A stretch of DNA of 64,000 nucleotides from Callorhinchus milii (GCF_018977255.1 NW_024704742.1:11968001-12032000); one strand, 5' to 3'. Counted from the stretch's first letter, positions 27,362-40,914 are shown. The notes: generated from the sequence alone by a model not told the origin. Numbers and translations are program-made.

Positions 27362-27640
27362 TAGAATTATAGAATCATACAGCACAGATGAAGGCCATTC
27401 AGCCCATAGTGCATGTGCTGGCTTTTTGAAAGTTATTCAATTTAATATTTATATTATTATTATTTAGTTTAGTCCACTCCCCCACTCTTTCCCCATAACC
27501 TTGCAATTTTTTTCTTTTCAAGTATATAGCAAACTTTTTGAAAGTTTTATTGAAGCTGCTTCCACCATCCTTTTAAGAGAGCATTGCAGATTGTAACAAC
27601 TCACTGTGTGCAAATAAAATCTCCTCACTCCCCTCTGTTG
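27362..27640 (-). mobile_element. CR1 3' end
   Basis: TAGAATTATAGAATCATACAGCACAGATGAAGGCCATTCAGCCC, as at 37055. Confidence 0.75.
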
Positions 27641-29444
27641 TGGATGTTACTCTGAAAAGAAAAAAAATGAGCATTTGGGCCATGGAATATAAACAACTGT
27701 TATCTTTCTAACATTTATATACACTTCAAAGTTAACACCAAAAAAAGAAGTTAACTTTTGGTATTCTTGCCAAGGTGAAGAGTATCAATACTGGAGATCC
27801 GGAGAATTTTCATAGCTTTTGCACCTAATGTCAAGAGTGAGGACATCCAGGTCAGTGAATGTACCTGATCTCAGAAGAGCAAAGCCTTCTGCACCAGTCT
27901 GCTTTTTTCCACATTTGTTACTTACCCATGCACTGAAGTAGAGCTCAATGCTAAATAAAGTCCTTCATGCCTTGCTTCCAACAGTGTCTGCCCTTTAAAC
28001 CCTTAACCTTCAAAAGCACCATCTTGTGTGTGTATTACGCTACCCACCTCCCTAAGATTCCCAATTTGGTGCTATATTTTAAGCTAAGGTGCTCTACTCT
28101 CTAGGCACTGAGTCTATAGAATCGAAATTAATTTGATGTATTGGTTCTTCCAGCAAGCAGAAGAAAGAGACTTTGTCAGTTTGAACTTGACTCAAAATGT
28201 CTTCACCCTGTTCTCTCAGCTCAGTGTCAATGGTGTAAAGCCATACATAAATAGGAGGAATCCAATACAAACTTGATAGAGAGTGCTGTCCCTGCTGAAC
28301 TACACACTCTGACCTTGTACCACAAGGAAGATTAACCGTTTTTAGAATTCCAGGCCAAAACAAGCTGAGGTGTAATATCAACCAAACCTGCGCCTCAGAC
28401 TCTCAGACTAACTAAACTGGATCAAAATTTAATTGAAATCTAAGTCACTATTCTGATTTTTTTGTTTTTATTTGCAAGAGAACTTGGTACTGTTAAGATT
28501 ATTATGCCATGCAATATCTGTTTGATGTTTCTCTTTATTTTGAAATGGTTGGTGGTTGGAATTAGGGAAGGGAAACCTTTCAAACATACAATGGGAACAG
28601 GCAAAAATACAGCTGTGGCAACTCTAGATTTTTTCAGTATGTAGCAATTGAACATTCTGCACTGTCAATGCACATTTAGCACTTACACAATGTGCAGGAC
28701 TCCCTTCAATGTTGGAACAGAAAATTAGTAAACTCAACATCTGATAGCACTATTGAACTATAAGACCAAGGCATTGCTTTTTCATCATCTTTCTGTGGTG
28801 TATTTGGTCCCTTGTTTTGTTCTAATGAGGCAGTGCTGAAATAGTAGTTTAGTTTTCAAACTCACACATCAAGGCTAACCTCGGAACAAAGAAATTACAA
28901 GAATGTGACTTAGGAAATTTACATAGAATTAGATAGAATCTACAGCACTGAAACATGCCATTTGGCCCAAAATAGGCCTGTGCCCATCCTAATCCCTAGC
29001 CCCCAGCCCCCCACCCTTGCCATCTCCACTCGTCTGTTCCCTTCTCATTCATGTATGCATGAAGAATCATTCATTATGGATGTTTTTGCTGATTTGCTAA
29101 TTTTTGCCTTTTAAGATGCTTTAGTCCAGGGCTTGTTCGTGTAAGTGAGCCAACAATGCAGGTTATGTTGTGGAAAAGTCCCTCCATGGGTCTATAACAA
29201 CTGCTTTTTTGCTTTCTGCGGTTTATCTTTCTGGGGGAAAATGTAAAAATAGAACAGGGTTTGTATGAGATTCTCAATTGCTTTCTATTTTCAGTATTTG
29301 CCTATAAGGTCAAAGTACAGTCACTACACTTTACAGTAAGTCCTATGAAGCGCTTTGAGATGCCCTCCCAACTTGAAATGTGCTAGACCAAAGATTATTA
29401 AATGCATTATTTACTGTATTAGTGTTCCTTACTTTCATGCACAT

Positions 29445-29695
29445 GAACCTTGGCGTCTTGTTTGACTCTCAACTGTCCTTTCCACCCCACATCTGTGCTC
29501 TGCTTCCCCACCTCTGCAACATTGCCTGGCTCCGCCCCGCCTCTCACCTCAGGCCGCTGAAACTCTCATTCATGTATTTATTACATCTAGGCTTGACTAT
29601 GCCAACTCCCTGCTTGTCGGCCTTCCCAACTCCTCCCTCCACAGCCTCCGGATCATTCAGAACTCTGCAGCTCATGTTCTCTCCCACACCAGACT
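29445..29695 (+). mobile_element. L2 ORF2 fragment
   Basis: NLGVLFDSQLSFPPHI and HLCNIAWLRP. Confidence 0.75.
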
Positions 29696-29699
29696 CCGG

Positions 29700-29880
29700 A
29701 AAGATAAGAACTCCAGATCATATTGGGTAAAAGATGAAAAAGGAAAGATATATAGATGAACATCATGGGATATCAAACAAAGAAAAATAAAAAAAAGGAG
29801 GAAAAGGAAAATCAGAAGGAGAATCACCGAGTGGCAGAAATGATAAGAACAATCAGATATGGAAGAGAAACAAAAAAGGG
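29700..29880 (+). mobile_element. Possible Ty3/Gypsy integrase C-terminal fragment
   Basis: Reads NSRSYWVKDEKGKIYR*TSWDIK (from 29709) and, in another frame, IRTIRYGRETKK. These resemble the PRSYxV..G..YRR and T.R.GR..K motifs of Gypsy integrase tails. Confidence 0.4.
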
Positions 29881-30156
29881 TACTTCACTCATCTCTGTTT
29901 ACCTAGCAGTAAATAGGAACCCGGTTGTTAGTCGATTGGCGGATTGCTTTTCCAATTAAAAAATATATAATAAATTGGTCACTTCAATCCACAACTGTTT
30001 GTGGGACACTGCTGTGTGCAATTGACTGCCACATTTTGCCCACAAAATATAGTCAATTCACTTTACAGTATATTCTGTGAAGCACTTTGAGAAACATCAA
30101 AGACCTGAAAAGGTACTATATCAAATGCAAGGATTATTATTATGATTATTATTATT
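29881..30156 (+). mobile_element. SINE, long variant, 5'-truncated
   Basis: CTCTGTTTACCTAGCAGTAAATAGGAACCC block, Deu-type body and tail. The tRNA head is missing. Confidence 0.85.
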
Positions 30157-30314
30157 CACCTGAACCAATCTTGTGTTCTTGTGACCTCCTGTTAACCTTG
30201 CAAGCAGAAGCTCTAATGGGTAGGATTGTTCTAACTGGACAAGCAATTCAAAGTTTGTCAGACAATACCCTCAATTACAATTTATACAGTGATAGCAGGG
30301 TAACTCTAGCAATA

Positions 30315-32463
30315 ACAACAACAACAACAAGATTCCATTTATAAAGCGCCTTTCACGTCAGGAGGACGTCCCAAGGCGCTGCACAGTTGGGTCAGCACCC
30401 GAGCAGGGGGGAAATGGTCAGGGTGAGGGGAGGGAAGGGAGGGAGCGAGGAGCAGGAAGAGAGTCGAGAGGGGAGCTGAAGGCTCGGTCAAAGAGAAAGG
30501 TTTTGAGACCGGCCTTGAAGGAGGAGAGGGAGGAGGCGGCGAAGGCACTGGGTGATGGAGTTCCAGAGCCTGGGGGCTGAGAGACTGAAGGCCCGACCAC
30601 CGATGGTAGGGCGATTGGGGTGGGGGACGTGGAGCAGACCGGAGCCAGAGGAACGGAGGGTACAGGCAGGTAGGTAGGGGGATAGTAGGTCAGAGAGGTA
30701 GGAGGGAGCAAGGCCGTGGATGGCCTTATAGGTGAGGATGAGGATCTTGAAATCAATCCTCTGGGGGATGGGGAGCCAGTGGAGGCGAGCGAGGGTGGGA
30801 GTGATGTGGTCCCGAAGCCTGGTGCGGGACAGTACACGAGCTGCAGAGTTCTGAATGACCTGCAGCTTGTGGAGGGAGGTGGCGGGAAGGCCGGCGAGGA
30901 GAGAGTTCCCATAGTCCAGCCTTGAGGTGACAAAGGCGTGGACCAGGGTTTCAGCAGCGTGAGGGGTGAGGTAGTGCCGTAGTCTGGCGATGTTCCGGAG
31001 GTGATGGAAGGCGGTGCCAGTTGTGGTGCGGATGTGAGGGAGAAAGGACAGCTCAGGGTCGAACAAAACGCCGAGGTTCCTGACTGGCTTTGAGAGGTGG
31101 AGAGTGCAGCCTTGGATGCTGATGGTGTCAGCGCCTGAGGTGCGGAGGCGCTGACGTGAGCCAATCAGGAGGGCCTCGGTTTTTCGCACGTTGAGCTGAA
31201 GAAAGTTGTCTCTCGTCCAGGACTCGATGTCGGACAGGCAGCTGTCAGGACATCGGTGGTCGTGGAGTTGAGAGTAGAGGAGGAAAGGTAGAGTTGGGTG
31301 TCATCCGCATACATGTGGAAGTTAACTCCATGTCTGCGGATGATGTCACCAAGGGGGAGCATATAGAGGGTGAAGAGGAGGGGACCGAGGACAGAGCCCT
31401 GAGGGACACCACATGAGACAGTGCGGGGGGTGGAGGAGAAGCCATTTGTAGAGACAAAGTGAAGACGGTGAGAAAGGTACGACCTAAACCATTCAAGGAC
31501 AGTGCCTTGAAGGTTGAGGTGGGAGGACAAGCGGTGGAGTAGGATAGCGTGGTCGACCGTATCGAATGCTGCCGATAGGTCGAGGAGGACGAGGAGGCAG
31601 AGGGAGCCCTGGTCACAGATGGTCAGGATATCATTGGTGACCTTGACCAGGGCAGTTTCTGTGCTATGGGCAGCACGGAAACCTGACTGAAGGGGTTCGA
31701 AAAGTGAATGGGTGGAAAGGAAAGAGCGCAGTTGGGAGGCGACAACTCTTTCCAGGACCTTGGAGAGAAAGGGGAGGTTGGAGATGGGCCGGTAGCTTGA
31801 TAGCTGCGACGCATCAAGGGAGGGTTTTTTCAGGGTGGGCGTGATGGTGGCAGTTTTTAAGGGAATGGGGACAGAGCCAGAGGAGAGGGACAGGTTGACG
31901 ATGTCGGTGATATGTGGGGCAAGAAAGTGGAGCTGGGAGATAAGGAGTGGAGTGGGGATGGGGTCAAGGGAGCAGGTGGTTGGTTTCAGGGATAGGATGA
32001 GTTTGGTGACAGAGGGTGGGGAAACGGGTAAAAAGGTAAGTAGGGGAGGATGGGTAGCAGTCGGAGTGTGGGAGTGAGGGGGTAGGGGGTTGGTGGATGT
32101 TGGAGGGGAAGTGACCGCGGAGCGAATTCCCTTGATCTTGGATTCAAGGAAATCCAGCATCTCCTCGCAGTGAAGGTTGGAGGAGATGACCTGCGCGGGG
32201 TGGCGGGGGGGACGGAGGAGTCGGGTTGTGGTGGAAAACAGTAGCCTGGGGTTGTTCTTCGCCTCCAGGATTATCCTGGAGTAGAAGGACGACTTGGCCG
32301 AGGCTAGAGTGGAGCGGTAAATTTTGAGGAGGTCCAGCCAGATTTGTCGGTGGACCGTTAGGCCAGATTTGACCCAGGTGCGTTCAGCAGCCCGCACCTG
32401 GCTTTTCAGTGAGCGGAGGTGGGTGGTGTACCAGGGGGAGGAGCGGGAGTAGGAGACAGGGAG
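30315..32463 (-). mobile_element. L2-clade LINE, 5'-truncated, with nearly intact ORF2 reverse transcriptase and 3' tail
   Basis: ORFs 31165-32397 and 30488-31189 carry [59 protein letters not shown] (31300-31311), NLGVLFD and LHWLP. There are two frameshifts (~31241, ~30540) and a (TTG)n tail. A candidate 8-bp TSD is TAGCAATA 30307-30314 / TAGCAGTA 32464-32471. No endonuclease domain is present. Confidence 0.95.
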
Positions 32464-35239
32464 TAGCAGTACCTCAACAGATACTTTGAGGTGTCTCAGG
32501 ACTTAACTCACCAGCCTGCACCTTATGCTCTCCAGAATTAGGTAAGCAATGTGTGTTTCTCCAGACAGAGAGTGCGTACTCCATTCCAGACCCCAGGGAA
32601 TTCCCATCTGTAAATGGCATACATATGTGGAATTCAGTTTGGTTTTCATGCTCTTAAGCATGACGATGGGTTTCTGCTTTTGTCAGACCAAAAAAGTGGA
32701 AAGCAACCAGTCAGAGTTCAACAATCCAATATTATGTAGACATGGTCTGACTTGATTACCTTGAAGAAGAAAAACAACAACTCACATTTGTAGAATGCCA
32801 TTAGTTTCTCAGACCCCTGAAACATGCGTTGAAAAACAACAAAAAATTTTGCAGAACTGTTCTTCAGATGATCTGTTCCATGATACAGTAAATTGTGCAC
32901 AGCGTAGCGAAGGAATAATTTCATGTGCAGATTGGCCTTTTTTATGTTATTCTTATATTCAAATACAAAGATTATTAGTATTATTCTCCAATTTATTTTT
33001 GTTAACATTTTGTATGCTTCTCTTTGCTTTTATTCCATTCCTTATACTTTAAACTCTTATCTCCTCCTTTCCCCTGCTAAACTGGCTAGCCTGTGCAACA
33101 TTCTGCAACAGCATATGCATTAATATTTTGGGAGAAAGAGCATTGATGAAAGTGTTGACTTAGCGGTGAGGTTACATGTATTAATATCAGTGCCAATTTT
33201 GGATGATTACTGGCCATTAAGCAGCTGTTTTGTCCATCGGATATTTATTGGACCATTGGAATGTGATCCATCACTTTGCAAAAACTCACTGCAAATCATT
33301 AAATCTATTAGTTGCAACCAAGAAGTCACAATTAATATGTTCCGTTTTGACCTGAATATCTCGTTTGTCGACCAGATGAAATATAATTGATAAATAAGAA
33401 AGGATTGAAGTTGGCATGCTTGCCTGCAAATGTTGTTAATGAGTTTTCTGCCCTCGGAAAATTACTTTGTTTGCAATTCCTCTACATCCGTGTTATAGAC
33501 ACAAAAAGCCAGAAAAAAATATTGAATGAATTCTATCATAAAACAAAATTTGCTCAGTAGCTTTGTGAATGTTTGGGCTGTCAGCTCCTCAAAAAAGTTT
33601 ATTAAATTGGTCAGATGAGACCTACCCTTTCAGAACCTATTTTGTCTGTCATTTATTAGGTTATTTTATACAAATAATCAAGGTTTCCCTTATGGGTTGT
33701 TAAGTAAATGCTCAATGTAGAAACTCTGCAATGACATAGACTAATACAAAGCCATGTTCAGTGGGGAATTGGGTGATCTCAATCATCAAAGTAGTTTTTT
33801 TTTGGTCATCCAGGAATCTGACCCACCCATCACCATGCTTAAGAGTATCCAAACCAGACTGAGAATTCCATCTATGCCATCTACACATGAAAATTCTAGT
33901 GTCATGAAAGTGGGGCTGTACTCTGCTGGGTGACACAGTGGAAAAGTTACCAGTGGAATGGTATTCACTTTTCCCTACAGAAAAGCACGTGAATAGGGGG
34001 TCAGGACAGAAATAGGCTAACCTGTGAAAGCACCCATGTTTGAATAGCCTGCTAACATTCATTCTCTCCTGTGACATGTGCACAGTAGCCATAATAGTAG
34101 GATAATAGAGGGTCTGCATACCTGCTCAATTGTTTTTATATTTTGTTTCGCCCACCAAATACACAGTCACTCTACTTTACAGTATATTCTGTGAAGCACT
34201 TTGAAATGTCTCAATAATGTGAAGGTGCTATATCAAATGCAAGGATTATTATTTTTATTATTATATTCCAGCAGATTTTCAGTGACTTCACAAAAGGACA
34301 GAAATTGGGAGAAAGGAAAAATAAACACAGAAAACTAGTTGACACAAATATTTTGGTACCAAAAATTATACATAAATAGTCAGTGTGTTTGAGTTTTATA
34401 AAGAAAATTTAAGCAGCTGATAAATAATCTATAGATAATAAATGAAGAACTCTAACTATGTAAACTGAAGTTTAGAAATATCTAACTTTAGTCATCTTTG
34501 CTTGATTTTTCCAATTCACTTTAAGATGTATGTGTTTGGTATGTACTAAATGTCAGTGATTCAAATTCCAAAATGATTCAGGTCAAAATAACATTGTATA
34601 TTCTGTATTATGTGTTAATCAGATTTTGAATTCAATTGAGACCTCATTCCCGAAGTCTCAGCAGAGAAAAAGTGAAGATTTTTTTTATCACTTCCAACTT
34701 CCGTCTGAAAAATTCTGTGATTCAGTTTCATCCTTTGTGACCCTATGTTTCTGCTCTGGTGGTGAACAAATTTAACAACTTTTCTAGTACTCCCTCTGGA
34801 AGGAAAAGTGTCATTGACCTAACCAGGGTGATTGCCTGGAGCTAGACTCATACAGTAGATCTAATAAATTCAGTTCTTTGCCTTGTTTCATCGGTAAACA
34901 TCAATAATTTTCCTTGTTTCCCCCCGCCCGCCACCCTCCCTGACCCCAAACCCCAACTTGGGTCCGAAACTCTGTCTGTTCAGCGCCTTGGGACATCCTC
35001 CTGACGTGAAAGGCACTATACAAATGGAATTTTGTTGTTGTTGTTATATACCACTGCGTATAATCACTTTCTCTGCTGTGAGCTCAATTACCCCCCTCAT
35101 ATTTCTTTGTTGTTTTATTCTGAAGAAGTCCCATTGATTTAAGACCATCGGATTGTATTTTTTTAGAGAGAGTAGGTGCATTACCCAATTTTTGTCCCAG
35201 GTTAAAAAAAAGTTCAGCCCACACTCACACTGCCACACA

Positions 35240-35607
35240 TGTTTTCAAATCCCTTCATGCCCTCGGACCTCCCTACCTATCCAATTTGCTTAACCCCACT
35301 CCATCACCCACTGCCTCCGCTCGGCTGGCTCCGGCCTCCTGTTCGTTCCTCACCCCATCCGCTCCACCATTGGCAGCTATGCTTTCAGTCACGATGCCCT
35401 GAAAATCTGGAACTTGATTCCTCAATCCCTCTGCCTTGCACCCTTCCTCCCCCACTTTCAAATAAACACCTTCCTTTTTGATCATGCTTATCGTCATCTG
35501 CCCTTTCTCTTTCTCCTCCTGGCTCAGGGTCAGACTTCACCACTGTCAAGCGTTCCAGGACGCTACCTCCCTTGATGGTCAATATATAAATGCAAGTTAT
35601 TGTTGTT
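35240..35607 (+). mobile_element. L2 3' fragment, degraded
   Basis: CCACCATTGGCAGCTATGCTTTCAG, CACCTTCCTTTTTGATC and the tail TATAAATGCAAGTTATTGTTG. Confidence 0.7.
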
Positions 35608-36112
35608 GCCAGCAAAGTGTGACCACTGCTTGAAGCAGAATAATGTCAGAATAAGGTGTGAGTATATAGTTATATACAGTAGAAGTTGCATGTTGTTGTG
35701 GCTGCTGATGTGTCCCCGTTTACCTACCCCTTCACCCCTTTTAATAATGTGCTGCTTCATAACACAGTTTCAGGGTGTGAAGGGCAAGTTTAGCACATTA
35801 CACCAGGGTGTCTCTCTTTACAGAAAGGATAATCAACAGTTGCAATAACTTACCAGGGAGGGTGGTTTGAGATCAGGACACTGGACTCATTTAAGTAATA
35901 GCTTGGTGTTGTAAGAGATGTGAATAAATCATCTTCATCCATCCACTCATTTGATCGCTTGCAATTTTTTCTGTCAACATTATTCTCCCACCTATTCTGC
36001 CATTTATTTCCATGGGCACTGGATTACTGCTGTTACTTCACATCACTCACATGTGAGCTTTACAAAGTGTATTGGCAGGGTTCGCCCAGACTCTGGTTAT
36101 CTGAGCCCTTTA

Positions 36113-36469
36113 TAATAATAATTCTTGCATTTATTTGATATTTGATATAGCACCTTATCATGTCTTTGAGACATCTCAAAGCATTTCACAGAATATACCG
36201 TATATTTTGTGGGCAAAATGCTGCAGTCAATTGTGCACAATAGCATCCCAAACAGTCTTGGATTGAGTGACCTAATTATCATTATTTTTTTGGGAGCGAT
36301 TATTATCCCTGGAAAAGCGATCTACCAATCAACTAACAACTGGATTCCTACTTACTGCTAGGTAAACAGAGGCAATTAGAGTAAGGAAACTTGCCCAATG
36401 TTTTGCGCTGCCCAGGAATTGAACATGGGTCCTCTTGCTTGTTTTAAACACTGAGCTACAGGACTCCAC
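36113..36469 (-). mobile_element. SINE, long variant
   Basis: Contains the CCTACTTACTGCTAGGTAAACAGAGGC block, with head and tail. Confidence 0.88.
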
Positions 36470-37054
36470 TTCCTCTGCTCATTCAATGCCTACATGCATC
36501 GACTTTCCAATGCTTTCTAGTTAGTGATCATCAACGTGCTGATAATCCCTTCCTGAAACGAGAGTTCCTCAGAACAATTGTACTGTTCCAACTGCTGCCT
36601 TGACTCTGTTATGCTACAGATGGGTGTTAGACCCTATTATTTTCAGCCTCATATTGACTAATATGACTAATACTAATACCGACTGTTAAGGAGCTGCCTT
36701 CTGAGCTCTGTTTAAAGTGCACATTTTCCCACCACTAAACTTGACAGTGAATCCTAAGAAGCACTTTGAGATGTCCTCTTGACGTGAAAGGCACTGTATA
36801 AAATACAAGAATTATTACCACTTCTCACATCTCACTTGCTCTCCTAGAGCTTGTACTCTTCCTCACCTCTGGGCTCCATCCTTTTTCACACTGCCACAGC
36901 AATTTTAGCTTTCCATTTTATCAATAGCCTTATTCACTGTTGCTCTTAACTTTCCATCTTGTTCCTGCCAATCTTCAAATAGTTGAAGTCTCATTCTCTT
37001 TCTCCTCTGTATATCTGATTGTATTGAAAACGCATTGTATCTTCTCCTGGTTTT

Positions 37055-38670
37055 CATAGAATCATAGAATTATACAGCACAGAAGGAGGCCATTTGGCCC
37101 ATCATGTCTGTGCCGGCTCTTTCAAAAAAGAGCTATCCAAATCAATCCCACTCCCCGCTTTCTCCCCATAGCCCTGCAAATTTGTCCTCCCCAAATAATT
37201 ATTTACTTCTCTCTTAAACGTTGTTATCGAATCGGCTTCCACCACCCTTTCAGGCAATGCATTCCAGATCCAAGCAACTCGTTGTGTAAACAAATTTCTC
37301 CTCACCTCCCCTCAGTTTCTTTTAACAACTACTTTGAATCGGTACCCTCAGGTTACCAACTCACCTGCCAGTGGGAGTAGTTTCTCCTTGTTCACCCTAT
37401 TGAATCCCCTCATAATTTTGAAAATCTCTATTAAGTTTCCTCATAACCTTCTCTGCTCCAAGGAGAATAATCCTAGCGTCTCTAACATAACCTGATAACT
37501 GAAGTCCCTCATTCCTGGTACGATCTTGGTAAATAATAATAAATAATATTAATCCTTGCATTTGATATAGCGCTTTTCACATCATCTAGACATCGCAAAG
37601 CGCTTCACAGAATAGACTGTAAAGTGAATTGACCGTATATTTGTGGGTGAAACGCAGCAGCCATTTGCACACAGCACTGTCCCACAAACAGTCGTCGATT
37701 GAAAATGACCAATTTATTATTGTTTCTTTATTTCCTTGAGGGATTATTATTAGGCGTGTGGAGTAAGGAAACTTGCTCAAGGTTTCGCTCTGCCTGGAAT
37801 TGAACTCAAGTGTCTCGCTTGCAAAGCGAGTGCTCTAACCACTGAGCTACAGGACTCCACAAATCTTCTGTGCACCCTCCTCAATGTCTTGACATTCATC
37901 CTAAAGTGTGGGGCCCAGAACTGAACAGTCTCTCGCTGAGGCCTAACCAGTGTTTTTTAATGGTTCATCATAACTTCCTGCCTTTTGTATTCTATGCCCC
38001 TATTTATAAAGTCTAGTATCCCGGATGCTTTTTAACAGCTTTATGTACCTGTCCTGTCACCTTCAAAGATTTATTTATATGACACCCAGATCTCTCTGTT
38101 CCTTCACCGCCTTTAAGATTGTACCATCAGCTTATATCGTCTTTCCTCATTCTTCCTCCCAAAATGCATCACTTTGCATTTTTCCACATTAAACTTCATC
38201 TGCCACATGTCTGCCCGTTTTACCAGTCTGTCTGTGTCCGTTTTCAGTCTGCTACTGTCCTGCTCACTGTTTACTGCTTTCCCTCGCTTAGTATCATCTG
38301 CAATCTTGGAAATTGTACTCCCTATACCCAAGTCCAGGTCATTTATATGGCTCAAAAACAGCAGTGGTCTCAATACTGATCGCTGGGGGACACCACTGCA
38401 CACTTCCGTCCAGTCAGAAAAACAACCATTCACCACTACTCTTTGCCTTCTGTCTCCCAGCCAGTTCTGCATCCATGTTGCCACTACCTTTTTAATACCG
38501 TGGGCTTCTATTTTGCTTACAGGTCTCTTATGTGGCATTTTATCAAAAGCTTTTTTGAAAATCCATATAAACTATATCGATTGCACTAACTTCACCCACC
38601 CTTTTCCTTACTTCATTCAAAAATCTCTATCAGGTTTGTTAGACATGATTTAACAAATCCTTGTTAACAA
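37055..38670 (-). mobile_element. CR1-clade LINE, degraded, interrupted by a SINE
   Basis: ORF 38113-38538 (RRQRVVVNGCFSDW...GVPQRSVL...IADDTK) and ORF 37102-37305 (FTQRVAWIWNALP). CATAGAATCATAGAAT tail. Confidence 0.92.
37534..37860 (-). mobile_element. SINE, short variant, nested in CR1
   Basis: Full head-to-tail match to the family. CR1 sequence resumes at 37861 and AAAT flanks both sides. Confidence 0.9.
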
Positions 38671-39376
38671 ATGCAAGGATTATTACTAATATCTAGCAAC
38701 TGAATCAACCGCGATCATCTTTGATTAGGTCTATGAATAATTTGCATTTTGATACCACTTTGCTCATTTCCTTTGCGAAATACTATAGATTGTCTAAGAA
38801 ATTAAATATAAGTTGTTTTCAAATAGACTCCTCAAGAAAGGTGTAATGTTTAAAAATTAAAGTAAACACATTCCTAATCCAGTTGATGTTGTAAGTAGTT
38901 TAACCCAGCTTTGCCCAGCGCACAAGCTTACCATCTTGTGAACAGAATCTAATTCATCTCTCTTAAGCCAAGCCCCAGACAAGCTGTTCTTCCAATAGGT
39001 AGTGAGTCATGCAAATTGACTGAGAGGCAAGAGTGTTCAGCAGAATACCACAAATGGGCGACTTCAAAAAACATTGTGATTCCTTAACCCTTCACCTAGT
39101 TTGTAAACTAGGTGGAAAGTAGTAGGTAACATTGGATTGGGGTGTGAAAAGAACGAGGAGTTTTGGGTAACTTGGTTTATGCTATACTAGCTATGCTTGT
39201 TGCAGCTATGCTTCCAACCAAGTTTCATTTAATTGGCATTCTCTCTTTCGTCTGGCATTTGTGTTTGTCCTTGAAAGGCTTGATCTTCACTTCTTAGGCA
39301 TCATTATCCCTTAAGAAAATATATTATTGAACTTATTAGCATCCCTTGTTCACATATTTGCACACATATCCACATT

Positions 39377-39680
39377 GTGGAGTCCTGTAGCTCAGTGGTT
39401 AGAGCACTCACCTTGCAAGCGAAACACCTGGGTTCAATTCCAGGCAGGGTGAAACCTTGGGCCAGTTTCCTTACTCCACATGCCTAATAATAATCCCTCC
39501 AAAACAAAAACAATAATAAATTGGTCATTTTCAATCCACGACTGTTGTGCGCAATTCGCTGCCGCATTTGGCCCACAAATATACAGTCAATTCACTTTAC
39601 AGCATATTCTGTGAAGCACTTTGAGACATCTAGAAGACATGAAAAAGCGCTATATCAAATGCAAAGATTATTATTATTAT
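39377..39680 (+). mobile_element. SINE, short variant
   Basis: tRNA head, body and (ATT)n tail, with a small internal deletion. Confidence 0.9.
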
Positions 39681-40914
39681 CCTTTTGGGAAGACTCGTGT
39701 TGGGAGGACTACCATTGATGCGTCTGTCAATTAGTTAGACAGGCAGACATTTTGTCTTTATTAGTATAGATGAATCTGTCCAGAAGGGTGTGTGAACTCT
39801 TGTCACTACTTTGTTGAGGAATACCATGCGTATCTTTTTGCGGGCTTATATTTTTGAATATAGCTCATCAACGATAGGAGATCCTGAAAAAAATATGCCC
39901 TTGCAAGACCTTTCCGATGAGGTATAAATCATGTCTCTACGTCAATCGGTTATTGAATTCTTGGTGGACACAAACACACTTTTTGTCTTTATTGGTATAG
40001 ATGCATGACCTAATCTATATGACTATAAAAGTTGACAAGTCTGTTAACTTTTGTAAAACAAATTGTACAGAATAAGATAATTAAGTTTATTTGTTTTGCT
40101 TTCGATAGCAGTATAATGGTATTTCCCCAGAGTTAATTTGGTGTCATATTGTACTTTTGCTAATGATCTACAGGGTGACATTTTTTTTAAAAGATATCCT
40201 CCCCCAATAATTGCTTCAATATTAAAAAATAAACATCACAGTTGCTGCGAGTTTAGGGCATTGTTAATGCAGCACCATCTACAGGGCAAGGATGGTTCCT
40301 GAAATGTAGAGTGCCTTTCAATGATAGGAAAATTTGGCACTCACTCCCCAGAATTGCAAATAATGTCTGAGTCACAAATAGCGACTCCAGTCATTCATTC
40401 ACAGAAATGCCCTTCTGCACATAGATTGGTTCCGAGCTGTTCAGTTCCCCTGGTTTGGCATGACACACATATGGTGAGGAGTCACTTTTTGTGGTGAGAT
40501 TGTGAATATTGCATTTTCTATCAAGTGTGCTGTCATTGATTTTTTGCACAAATGCAATCTGACATGCAAGTTCACTTTAGAAAATCATATTGTATCAATT
40601 GAGAATAAAGTATCCAATATGCCGGAGGCAAATTACCCCAATCCCCAAACTCATCTTCAGTGCTAATTAAGCTGTGTCATTTGTCTGACTGCCTGAGTAA
40701 ATCCATATTACCAACCCACTGACCAGCAGCTAAATTTCATGAGCTGCAACTCAAATGTGTGACCCAGCTTGGAGTGAAGAATTATGTCACAACATTGTGA
40801 GTTCACAATCAATGCTTTACAAATTTTCTAAACTTAAATCACATGTTAATTCATTTATTTGTTGTGGATAATTTATCCAACTTATTGAAGTTGAACCACT
40901 GAAATATCTTAGAT

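Noticed and set aside
28094..28390. 95-aa minus-strand ORF in unique DNA
   Set aside because: No recognisable homology, and the length is within chance expectation.
30418..31164. 248-aa Ser/Pro-rich ORF
   Set aside because: It is an alternative frame of the C-rich L2 ORF2 strand.
33712..34119. 135-aa minus-strand ORF
   Set aside because: No recognisable domain or splice context.
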